Origin: Balanoglossus misakiensis
Taxonomy: Eukaryota; Animalia; Hemichordata
Direction: 5' to 3'
Assembly: GCA_040954595.2 (NCBI GenBank)
Contig: CM082593.2
Coordinates: forward strand, 6,020,072 to 6,084,071
DNA: 64,000 nt
Program-made: the position numbers and the translations under genes
Shown: in pieces, positions 13,010 to 23,700 of the stretch
Layout of the letters: every line of letters begins with the position of its first letter
How positions within the stretch are numbered: the first letter of the stretch is position 1
The notes under the pieces: generated by a model
What the model saw: only the letters and a program-made list of their open reading frames with translations
Databases searched by the model: none
What the model was told of the DNA's origin: nothing

Positions 13010-13149
13010 CTTGGATTATTGCATTCCCTGGTTCTCATCTGAGCGCCAATTCCACAGGTTCTCGAACATTCCGTGTACTCACTCCAATCACCCCACGCAC
13101 CGTGTACAACCTGCACCGTGGATTCTACACATTCGCCGTCCATACAGTA
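13010..13149 (-). CDS. ADAMTS3: ADAMTS2/3/14-like exon 12 (TSR1)
   Basis: tttgtag|YCMDGECV..HGAWGDWSEYTECSRTCGIGAQMRTRECNNP|gtgagt. Confidence 0.96.
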
Positions 13150-13502
13150 CTACAAACAACAACAAAACAACACAATGTCAAAACCACCGAAATAGTACCT
13201 TTGTCGCATTTATCAAAACGTGGTAGTAGTTCTAACGAAGTGGTCGTCAATAATATGAAGGTTTTCGTCTCGTTCATCTCTAGATTGCGATCTAAGTTAC
13301 CTTTCTATATACTTTCAACAGTCTACATTTTACTCTAATATTTTCTCGTTTATTTTATTTGTCGGCCATATATTCTTACACAAACTCTTTGTCGGTTATC
13401 AGAGCATGAATATTTCACCGTTAGAGGGCACACCATGCATCATCCTACGATAAATTCCGCGGGAACTTCTGATCGGCAAAACATATGAAATGTAGTTCTC
13501 AC

Positions 13503-13616
13503 CCTTCCTCTTCCACAGGGAGTACCGGCCAATGGCGGACCTTTTTTCGTCTTACAATGAAACGGACTGTCTGGATGGGTACACCACAGTTGCTGACAGA
13601 TACTAACACCAGAAAT
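13503..13616 (-). CDS. ADAMTS3: ADAMTS2/3/14-like exon 11 (disintegrin-like)
   Basis: cttacag|[38 protein letters not shown]|gtgaga. Confidence 0.96.
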
Positions 13617-13812
13617 CTGTAAGTTGATTTTACATTAAGTTATTTAGAGACGTTATTTCAAAGTTGAGGGATAAACCAGAATTGTTGTATATATAGCCTA
13701 GTATAGCTGCTGCGTTCAACCAACGCTTAGTGCGCGAGCGAACGTGCAGACACTCTTAAGTTCAAGTTGGACACGTGTTGAAATTGTCAATCATAAAACG
13801 CGGGATACTTAC

Positions 13813-13948
13813 ACCAGAGCAAAACCTGTATCCGTCCCCGAAATCAAAACGACACTGGTCGTCCGCGGTGTACCTGAATCCAGGTAATTCGCCGGTAACA
13901 TCCGGGAACTCGGCAGCGAAAGGGTCGTCGTCCAGGCATATGTAGGTA
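13813..13948 (-). CDS. ADAMTS3: ADAMTS2/3/14-like exon 10 (end of catalytic domain, disintegrin-like)
   Basis: gtgaag|TYICLDDDPF..ELPGFRYTADDQCRFDFGDGYRFCSG|gtaagt. Confidence 0.94.
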
Positions 13949-14104
13949 CTTCACGGTACGAGGTAGAAATCAGAAAATAAAATCAGTGAGTCGAAGACGA
14001 CGAGAAACTTCAATCTTAGCGTACAGTACGTGCATACGAGGAACCAGTTCGATGTCTTTCACAATAAAATTGAAAATGCAATATTTGCAAAGCGATGAAC
14101 TCAC

Positions 14105-14248
14105 TTAATGTGATCTTCGAGTTCCTGTCTACTGCACGCCGACCAGAAGTAGGTATTGAAATTGGCCTGCACCAATGGAGCCATGATGCTTCCCATGTCG
14201 GCCTCATCCGAACAAGTATTGCCCTGACCGTCATGCTCCATTCCCAAG
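14105..14248 (-). CDS. ADAMTS3: ADAMTS2/3/14-like exon 9 (third Zn ligand, Met-turn)
   Basis: ttttctag|[47 protein letters not shown]|gtgagt. Confidence 0.97.
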
Positions 14249-14403
14249 CTAGAAAAGTGGAGGAAGGAAATAATGTTACAAAAACAGAAGAATGCTGTTA
14301 CCACGTCTTGTGAGGGCTCGCTAACTGTGCTGAAAACCAAACATTGAAATGCCATCTGGTAAGAAGACCGTACGGAGAAGAATTCGACAAAACCCTGACT
14401 TAC

Positions 14404-14509
14404 ACATGGCCTGTTTCGTGCGCCACAACAAAAGCTGACGACAGACCGTCCTCCTGATTTAGGGTACAGCTTCTGAAGAGATGGCACATGCCTGTGACGG
14501 GGGCATAGC
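14404..14509 (-). CDS. ADAMTS3: ADAMTS2/3/14-like exon 8 (HExxH active site)
   Basis: tttgcag|[35 protein letters not shown]|gtaagt; with exon 9 gives HETGHVLGMEHD, diagnostic of the procollagen N-proteinase subfamily. Confidence 0.97.
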
Positions 14510-14800
14510 CTGCAAATGAAAGAAAAACAGAAACCTTGAAATGCAACAATTCGAGTTTTGCACAGTGTTTAAAATCACGAAGAAAGATTGGGCTCTAGTG
14601 TCTCAAATGTAGTATAATATAACAAAAACAGGCTTGGGGTTCAAGACCACAGAAAAAAAGCAGATTTCAGAATCTTTTTGAAAAATCGCGCATTAAAACA
14701 GAAGAGAAAAAAAAGAAAAAATCATAATATGACGAAAAGGGTGAAGAAAAACTTTGTAAAATTAAAAATGTGCGAAAACGTGCAAAGACGATTTCCTCAC

Positions 14801-14945
14801 CTGCTGGCCCGAAAACTTGCCTAGAAAGAAAGATGGCGTGATCGTGATGTGGCTTATCAGTGTTGTCCTTATTCTGTTGCGCATTGGCCCATTTGCACAC
14901 ATTCTCAAGGCTTTTGGATGGATTGTTTAGTATAATAAGGTTACC
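14801..14945 (-). CDS. ADAMTS3: ADAMTS2/3/14-like exon 7b (canonical copy, catalytic domain)
   Basis: tttgtag|[48 protein letters not shown]+G|gtgagg; 145 nt, phase 0-1. Confidence 0.95.
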
Positions 14946-15037
14946 CTACAAAACAAGAACATTTTTTTTTCTTTCTTTCACAAAATGTTTACACCGACCG
15001 GAAGCACACGACACACACTGTGACGTCATTGTCTCAC

Positions 15038-15185
15038 CTGCATTGCCAAAATCTTGCCTAGTGAGAAAGACGGCGAGATCTGGGACCCGTATGTAGTCCC
15101 AACTGGCGGACTCAACGCGGTCTACTATCCAATGACAAACATTGGCTTTGCTGATTGGTGCATTACGATAAATGATGAGGTTAGC
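15038..15185 (-). CDS. ADAMTS3: ADAMTS2/3/14-like exon 7a (diverged duplicate; predicted mutually exclusive alternative exon)
   Basis: Branch point gactaac, acceptor cttgtag|ANLIIYRNAPISKANVCHWIVDRVESASWDYIRVPDLAVFLTRQDFGNA+G|gtgaga; 148 nt, phase 0-1, no stops, aligns to exon 7b. Confidence 0.85.
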
Positions 15186-15759
15186 CTACAAGATAAGAAG
15201 ATGTTAGTCGGGAGATAAAGGCTTGTTAAGGAAGAGCATGCCGGATGTGACGTGAATGGAGAGAGAGAGTACTGTAATGCGTAATGGTGATGATCTGGTC
15301 TTATGACAAACCAGCTTGTTTGTTGATACTTAAATGTGTTTACAGACACCTGCGTCTCGGCTGTGGATAACCACGATTATTAAAATGATTTTAGATGGTA
15401 GATGAAAAGAAAGGAAAGAAAAGAGAGAGAGAGACGAGGCCATATTGATTTTGTTGCCAATTTGTCCGGTTATATCTATTCAAGATCATTATACCAAGCA
15501 CATTAGTATTTATTGAAAATTTAACAAATAATTATTACACCCTTTCAGTCAGGAGAAATAGACAAGGCTCTCCAAGATAAGCAATTTATGTCCATATGGT
15601 CAATATTTGAAATTCAAAATGGCCACCGGTTAAATTTGAAATTCAAAATGGCTTCCGACATCTACTTTTAAGCATCCGAAATGGGTGAACTTTAATGATT
15701 TAAATATTCTAAGAATCTCGTGCAGCAGTCGAATTATAGATGTATGTCACGTGACTTAC

Positions 15760-15843
15760 CTGACTGGCGTCTAATAGGATGATCTTGACCAGTACTATGT
15801 TGATTTCAAGTCCGAGAGTTGGATGTTTGTAAATGTTATTGAC
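15760..15843 (-). CDS. ADAMTS3: ADAMTS2/3/14-like exon 6 (catalytic domain)
   Basis: tttcag|VNNIYKHPTLGLEINIVLVKIILLDASQ|gtaagt; 84 nt. Confidence 0.96.
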
Positions 15844-16682
15844 CTGAAACGCAAAATGCACATGCAATATAAGGAAACATATTCCACGTAGTGTGTTGCC
15901 CTGCGTCACTCGCTCACGACAGTGGACAATTGTGAAGACTGCACCACTTGCCCTCTTGGGCGTGTAGCATTTGTCAACTTTGTCGGTGCGTGGCGACGTG
16001 AAAGGAAACAAAACACCATGGAAACGGGTTACCAAAACAAACACACGCTGTCATTCTGTCAGAAATGATCGGCAAACTCATTAATTACTGGCCATTCGCC
16101 CTCGTGTAATTAATCATCAAATTTTTTACCGAAGAAAGATTTTTTCGACTCCCAGGGCGCCACTGACATAGATACCATAGCGCAAGTGTGGAGGACAAAA
16201 TATAAAATGTATCGAGTAACATCGGTTCAAGGATGAAGTTATGAAGTGTATTATCACACCTCTCAATTCATTATAGATGTTTTTGTCAACTTTCTCCCAA
16301 CATCTGCTGACAATCAAAAAGAATTCAGGCCCAGAATAACAACTTTAGCCTAGATTGAAATGACATTTAGTAGAGTGCTTGTCAGTTTTGATCGTGCCGT
16401 AATGATTACAGAAAGTCCGTTTCGTTGTAGCTCGATGTTGACTTCAATAACGGCCTAAAGAAAATAACTGTTGGTGGTCATGTCATCGACAGGGCCATTA
16501 GCTTGGGTCAGAGGTCAATGATCATGTCTAGAACATCTGCTTTTATCATCCACTTCAAAGATTGTCTCTCATTGTCATATCAGTCTATAAAGACACCTTA
16601 TATGGACTGTTTTGATTTATTAGAAGAAGCTCGCAATGCCCGTGTGTCGGTCAGGAGACGCCATGTTGGCGCGGATACTTAC

Positions 16683-16861
16683 AATATTCATAAGAGTGAG
16701 TAGGTAAAGTTGGATTTTCGTCGTTCCGTGGAAGGCCACGACTGAGTGATCCGCCGTCAGCAGGACTTCCATGTTCTTCTCTCCCGTTCCCCGTCTCACT
16801 CTCTGCTTTATGTTATCGCCAAGCAGAGTGCTTGCTTCGCCAAGAAACCTTGGCGATGCAA
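16683..16861 (-). CDS. ADAMTS3: ADAMTS2/3/14-like exon 5 (furin site RVRR, start of catalytic domain)
   Basis: gttacag|ASPRFLGE..KQRVRRGTGEKNMEVLLTADHSVVAFHGTTKIQLYLLTLMNI|gtaagt. Confidence 0.95.
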
Positions 16862-17570
16862 CTGTAACGAAGACGGCACATATATATATATATATATATC
16901 ATTAGTGTAAAGAGACACAGTTGTGGGGACGAGTGTGCAGTCTTAAGGTTGCACAAAAAAGTCCATCAAAAAGATGTCGCTCCTGTTTATCATTGATCAC
17001 CGATGTTTGACACATCAGTGGCAGTGGAAATAAACTGGAGCCTGTGTTTGCCTGACAGTGCTCCGGAGCGTCCATTTTGAATTTTAGAACCTACGTCAGC
17101 TCGAGACAATGCGCCATATGCGGTTATGTGTGGTGAAAGTACATTGTGTCAAAGATCAGGCCAGTTTGCTTAACCCCGTGATCTTCATTTCAATATGCGT
17201 GGACACAGAAATAGTTGGTGGGCGCGGAAGGTACAATAGGTTAAATGTTAATAATATTATTGTGTAAAAACAATTGAGCCTGTGACTGCTCGCTTCAACG
17301 CACACATGTAATTTATACTGGCCCCGTGCGTTGTCCAGACGTTCAGTTGACTACAAACTGGGCGTGAGATACTGCCACTGTCTAACCCGGATGAAAGTTT
17401 GTCGTTACGCGGGTACCCTCTGAACGATGAGGGCACTCCAGGCTCTCTGTCGATTTGGCACATTATCTTGGCATATTTGGAAAATATGTTTGCTTCCATA
17501 TTTTTTCGAATCTGTATTGGCCAAAAAGGAGTTTGTGTCTCCATTGAAATGTAGTGCAGCGCTGTCTCAC

Positions 17571-17733
17571 CTTCAAAATCATCGTGGGCTCGCCTCTCCC
17601 TGGGTTTGATGGCGGACCTTTTGTAGATCACGTGCTGACGGCCGCTTTCCGAGTCCCCTGTTTGTGACGTCACGTTCTTCTCCTCGAGGGGTTCGATGAA
17701 ATAGTCCTCGCCGTCAACTTGTATGAGCCCCGC
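17571..17733 (-). CDS. ADAMTS3: ADAMTS2/3/14-like exon 4 (prodomain)
   Basis: attgcag|AGLIQVDGEDYFIEPLE..GRQHVIYKRSAIKPRERRAHDDFE|gtgaga. Confidence 0.95.
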
Positions 17734-20700
17734 CTGCAATAACCAATCCACACGTGATAATGTAAAGTTAGATATCATGTCAGAATCTCAGTTGAAATGG
17801 CGTCAGTTGCAAGTCTGCTTTATGGTTCATTGGCCAACACACGCCAGAGAGATTTTACTTATCCACGAGGTTGGTGACCGGACGACTGGGAGATTCGGTG
17901 TTACAGTTCAAACTAAAGCTTCCAATCTCTGTGCAGTATAGAGACATTCCCAGAACTTAACTAAATTCGTCTGTGCTGGAAGGCAGGAAGCCATTTGCAT
18001 TTTATCATAGCCATGAATGTTTTACTAGTACTACAATAACTTAACCCTTACTTAACCCAAACATAATTCCACAAGAACAATCGCTTTCTGAGAAAAAATG
18101 TGGTGCACCAGTCGGTCCGAGTCGTAGGAACTCTGAGACCAACGTAAGGCGCCGACCACGTCCGATTTAATTGGAACATCATGATTTGTCATGATCTAGA
18201 GAAATTCATTTTAATATGATTGGGTGAAAGTTTGTCATGTGACGTCACTCGTACGTGTTACGGAAAATCAAACTCCTCCAATATGCAAAATAAATCTACC
18301 AACATCAAAATAATGATACTATTCCCGAATGGTGTTTATGTATTTCTCTATGTATTTGTCTGTCTGCTTTCTGTCGGCCTGTCTGCCTGTCAGTGGGAGT
18401 CCTCTAACTAGAATCCTCTCCCGGGCATTTAATGCACATAAGAAATTGAGTTTGACTCACGACTCTACTCCCACAGTCAATTTGTAAATTCTTATCAAAC
18501 GATACGGTGTCTTGTTCAACTTAAACAGCCCATTACCGAACCCCTTCCGGTAATGCATTTTACTCCTCATCTTTAAATTTTCGCCGCCATTGTTCCGTTT
18601 CTTATCTCTCCTTTCCAATTTACAGCGTCCGCCTGCCAACATTCTCCTGTCAGGGTTGTTTTAATTCTCGTCTCTGTGATGAGGCGAATGTCATCGTTAT
18701 TCGATGCTCGCGCTCATGGTCACTGCGGCGGAGGGGGGGGGGGTGTCGGCCTCTCAGCCTTCATGCCACGTCGTGGTACTTAGCGTCCGGAGGGGAGGGC
18801 GGGATTAAAAACCCACTACTCTAAGCGGTATATTGGGATTTAACAGGAAAGCTCAGGCTATTAAAACAACAAACTTGAGAACGGGAGAGCCCACTTAGTA
18901 CAGCGGGGACAGTGCCCTCACCTAACGGCCCAATATTGAGTCAACTCAGCGCAGCCTTAATGCGTCTAGACGGTGCGTGTCCTTATCAAGACTTTCAGGT
19001 CAAACAACATTTTTTTCCACCGTTTACTTTTCATACTCATTTGGTATGATAGGACACGCGTACATAGAAATCTCTCGAGTGAAACCACATCCTGTTTGCT
19101 CTATGGTGGCAACAATAGCCACTTGTAAGCGATCAGGGGCAGCTTGTTTAACGTGACATTGATTGTGCTACCCGGGAGAATTCTCTGCAAGTAAGAGCCA
19201 GGCATGAGTTAATAATTACATTTTCTGTGACAGTCCCGTTATTCCGGCTGGCTAATGAGCTCAACTTCCTTTCTGTAAGGTTATGCGTAGCTGGAGCCTC
19301 GTCCTCAAGGGACCTCGGACGCACGCAAAAGACCCCGCTGACTTGGCACCTCACCAGTGCAGTACAAAACACAGCAAGTTGTCTTGATTTGATTCGTACA
19401 ACTATATGGACGTGTTAACAAGAGCAAAGTCACTCCCTTGTTAAGTTTGCTCAGACACAGAGGGTTAAATTCCTGGGCCTTGTTGAGCATTCTCTGTCGC
19501 CTGAGCAGCGCTCCCACCCTGCTAAAACATTTTCCTTGCACAGACAATCGGCAAATATTGCATAGGGTAAAAGTCAGTTTACCCACGTAGAACCCCTCCC
19601 AACCGCACGTGGAATCCGGGCCTCTGGATAATCCAACGATACACTGGCGCCAATTATAACCGAAAACTAGGGCCGTGACACACATCTCAAAACTCAACCG
19701 AAGTTCTTAGGTTTCGCCGATAATTAACTCATCGGCACTTTGAACGGTTTTGTCTTCTAAATCTAAAATAAATCTAGGTCAACGCGCATATTATGCATAT
19801 TTTCGATTAATCCGATCATATCCACCGCAATCGACCGTCATTTGGAACGCAAAGTAGCGGCTGTACATGTTTCATCTTGACAACTGTTACAAGTATTCAC
19901 ATATGTATGTGTCTGTATACATTATAGAAACCCAGATCACTAGCAATATCGTTTTCTACATAGCACTAACGACATGATATTTGAGGCGCAGCGACAACAG
20001 TGCAAGAACTTCTGAGTGGCAGCACTAAATTGGCCACACTCAAAACCAAACGTCTCTTAGTCAGCACTGCGCTCGATTCTCGATTCACAACATCGACAAC
20101 TTTAATTTGTACACAATTAGCAATATATCGAATACCCTTCATAACGGTGTCGATTGATCTGACAAGCCGAAGATTATATATATGATCCTCGGCCACGGGT
20201 GTGCATTCTTGTTCGGATGAGTCCTCTCCCGTGACGTCTCAGAGTTGTCCCAGGGTGACCCTCAAATTTCTGAATGACAGAAATGCACAAGCGAGCGGTT
20301 GTAAGTGTCACCCGAGCCGCTTAGAGTGTTGAGAATCGAGCCTGACAAGATTACGAGCAACACTTGAGGTAGGCGCACCGCCCAGCGGGGAAGAGTGACT
20401 TCATAACCGCTCTCTACCATGGAAACCCTTTCGGTAGACTTTGAGGGTTATTTAAGGACGGCTTTCAAATTCCGCCGGTCGGCCAACCAAGGCCGATTCG
20501 CGCCACATACAATGCACGCTCCTACCTCCCAAGTTCTTGGAGATATTGTGTCACTGTCCTCGCTCTTTAATGAAAAGAAAATCTTCAAACCAGACGCCCA
20601 GAGAATCCTTTAATCAACTGCCTTCTTCTCTTACGTCACAGAGTGGTCGTCCTGAGCCATCTAATGAAAACACGATCACGAGAAAAATATCCAGTTACCT

Positions 20701-23700
20701 GCAGTCTGGTTTCAATCGACCCGAGGAGGAGCGACCAGAAAAGAATCTGGGGTCGGCTCTCGATCAGACACGGGTGTTGTTTGTTTACTTGGTCTCTGAG
20801 TTTTCATCTTCAACACAAATTGGCCAATTCTCAGTCCGACGGAAGAGATGTATTCCCCATTTCGATGTTCTCTCGCATTTAATGTCTTCACTGAATTTCC
20901 AAAGCCAGTCTAAGGAGTGAAGTTTGCAAATACCGATCTCTGACCGAAAGAAATGACAGAAACTGGTTTTCGATAATTTCTGCTCCAAGTCTGTCCAAGC
21001 GCAATGCCGATCATGAATATTCATGAGCAACCGCGAAGTAAGACATTTTAAGTGGCTACTTCCTAAATCTCCCACTTGAGTCGATGCTACTGTAACCCAG
21101 TGTCTTTGAGGGCAATGTTTACGTATTCTGCGTCCAAAGCACTTCAGCAGGCCGGGTGCCAATACTTGGAACGGCCGAGCAAACCGCCGCATAGATGATT
21201 AATCTGGACCAGATCTCGACTCCGACCACTTGCCTGGTTATCGAGCGCGATGACAGGGATTAGCGTCCATGTTTACATACATATACATACATATGCGAGC
21301 TGCGCATACCATAACGAAATCGGGTTTCACCGCCCAAACATGAGAGTTTGTTTAAATGATGGCAGAGTTACCACTACGGTGTCTCGAGTGACACCGCACG
21401 CCGGCAGTCCAAACACGCATTCGAATCATATTTTCAAAACACACGGAGGAGTCGACCCCGCCAGGTCACCACTCTGCTTACACTGCTATCATTATAAGTC
21501 CACGGATTCCAATTATCAAACATATGGAAATATGCGGTTATGGATCTCGTCAGATGCGAATGATAATAAAATGTAGGCATGGATTTCAGTTTGTACAACT
21601 GTGAAACGTTTGCATTTGGCTGCCGTCTGCACTTTTCGAATTATTTGACGTCGGTACTGGTGCATAGTAGTGACGTGGGTTCCCTTGACCACAGGTGCCT
21701 GGAGATGTCGAACGGCCTAAGCTTTAGTATACTATGTATGTATTTTATATAGTGTACTGCAGCTGAGGACGTTTGACGTCTTCAGGCACCTGAGCCTTTT
21801 ACAAGGGCACCTTCCCAAACGACTTTATAAATACCACATTTATTTTGTGGCTATTAATTCTATGTCAAATCGCGAACGCACTTTTTATGTCTCTACGACA
21901 AGACTTGCGTGAGATTTGATGGTCACGTATATATTTATCATGTCTCATAAATCCAGCGAGCGATTTCAGAGGCCTGGTATTTTTTTTTTCTTTCCCATGC
22001 GATGATGTCGCATGCAATGTAAGACGAGGTCGTTTGCTTAATACGATATTCATGCGATTGTTTGTCAAGATGTGATTTGCGTTCCGTGCAAAGTTGGTCG
22101 TCTGATTAGTCGCACATTGCGTTCACAGACAGACCCTTTCACCCCCATTTTCCCGCTTGTGGGACAAACCACTCCGTTGCAAACATCGGGGGTTGGACAG
22201 AAATGACACAGCCAAATGGGTAAGGCAGCGTGGATTCTGAATATCCTCCATTGGACATGTTTATCAGGAGTCGTGAAATGCGGCGAATTCCAAACAGACG
22301 CAACCCAGCGCTCTGTTATAAACGGAATGTTGGCATTTCATATTTATCCCTGCATAAAAGAATCACCAGTCTCCTTTGGTGGTTGACAGTTTTGCTCCGA
22401 AACATCCCATGCTCCCAATCAAACATTCTCCATCTACCGTACGTCGGCATGGAGCTTCACTGTTATGGGTCATCGTGTTCCAAAATGCGGATAAACATTT
22501 AGAAACGGATTATTAAATTCTCTAAATAACCCACATAAATATAATATAGTTACTGGTGTCGCCGAATAATCATGCAGTGAATCTGTTGATATGATCGACA
22601 GTGGTGAGGTCGACTTTCCCATTTAAGGGTAGCACATCTGAGTTAATGAGGCAAGGTTCCTGCTTTTCATCAATTCTTCATTACAGTTATATCCAAAACA
22701 AAGTTTGATGCGAGACACAACTCGTGCGTAGCGTGACCCGAGACGATGCTCGCTTAGAGTACAAGGTGACCCCGGACATGTGTGGCTCGAGGAAGACATT
22801 AGAATACATGGCGGCGGTAGGCGACCGTGAGAGAAACCAAACTCGATTGTAGACCTAACAAAAATAGAGACCCAGTCTGAACCGAAGTTCGTGTCGACTT
22901 CTGTGATTTTGTTTATGCCTCCAGAGTTAAGTAGTTGATTATTTGAACGGCCCGGTGATGTTGCCTGATCAGTCGCGCTGACAGAGAGAAACCAATTTTG
23001 CGGTTTTCGTGTTCGGCGAGGAGGTAGCGCGCATGCGGACGAACCACCAGACGCACCGTGTATATATACATCCTATAGAACATCCCAGAAATGAAAACTG
23101 GAGATCTCAGAATTACAATTTAACAGAACACCGCCCTTTGCGAGATATCAACTTTGGCCGTTTCAGAGCGGTAAAATTTAACAACCCTGTCTAAAATCTA
23201 TCTGCACGTTTCTGTCCCCATTTTAATATATCTCCCCAAGAGAAACTGTGCAGACCGTGGCCGTAGGGGCTAGTCTTAATATTTAGAACAGGTAGCGGTA
23301 TTTATACCACTCGGACAAAGAATCGATTGTGCCAACAACTCGAACTGGCTAAACATTTATTACTTCGAGCAGCGGGTCGATTTAGAAGGCATACAAGGAA
23401 TTAGCGCCGCCCTTTGTTCGTCCACCGAGCCCATACACCGTGCAGAAATTAGTCTTTTAAGCGACACTGCACATGAAAGTCCCGCAAACACTGCCGCTGA
23501 TTGAATGAAGTTGTCAAGTTTACAGGACTTGTGGGAGCATAGGCCGCGGTTCCAATTGGCGGGACACGACTAAGCATGCGATCTTTAATCCCGTGAGAAA
23601 ATGAGCAAATTAGCGATCACTGAGGAGAAGAAAAAAAGAAACCCAAACGGTGACGACTGGTGGATGTAATGACGTCATAGACCCGACTGGTGACTTTTCC

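Noticed and set aside
12894-13338. Plus-strand ORFs overlapping ADAMTS exon 12
   Set aside because: Antisense shadows of the real minus-strand exon.
15038-15185. Exon 7a as an assembly duplication or allelic haplotype
   Set aside because: It is far too diverged from 7b (under half of residues shared, different length) and has different flanking introns.
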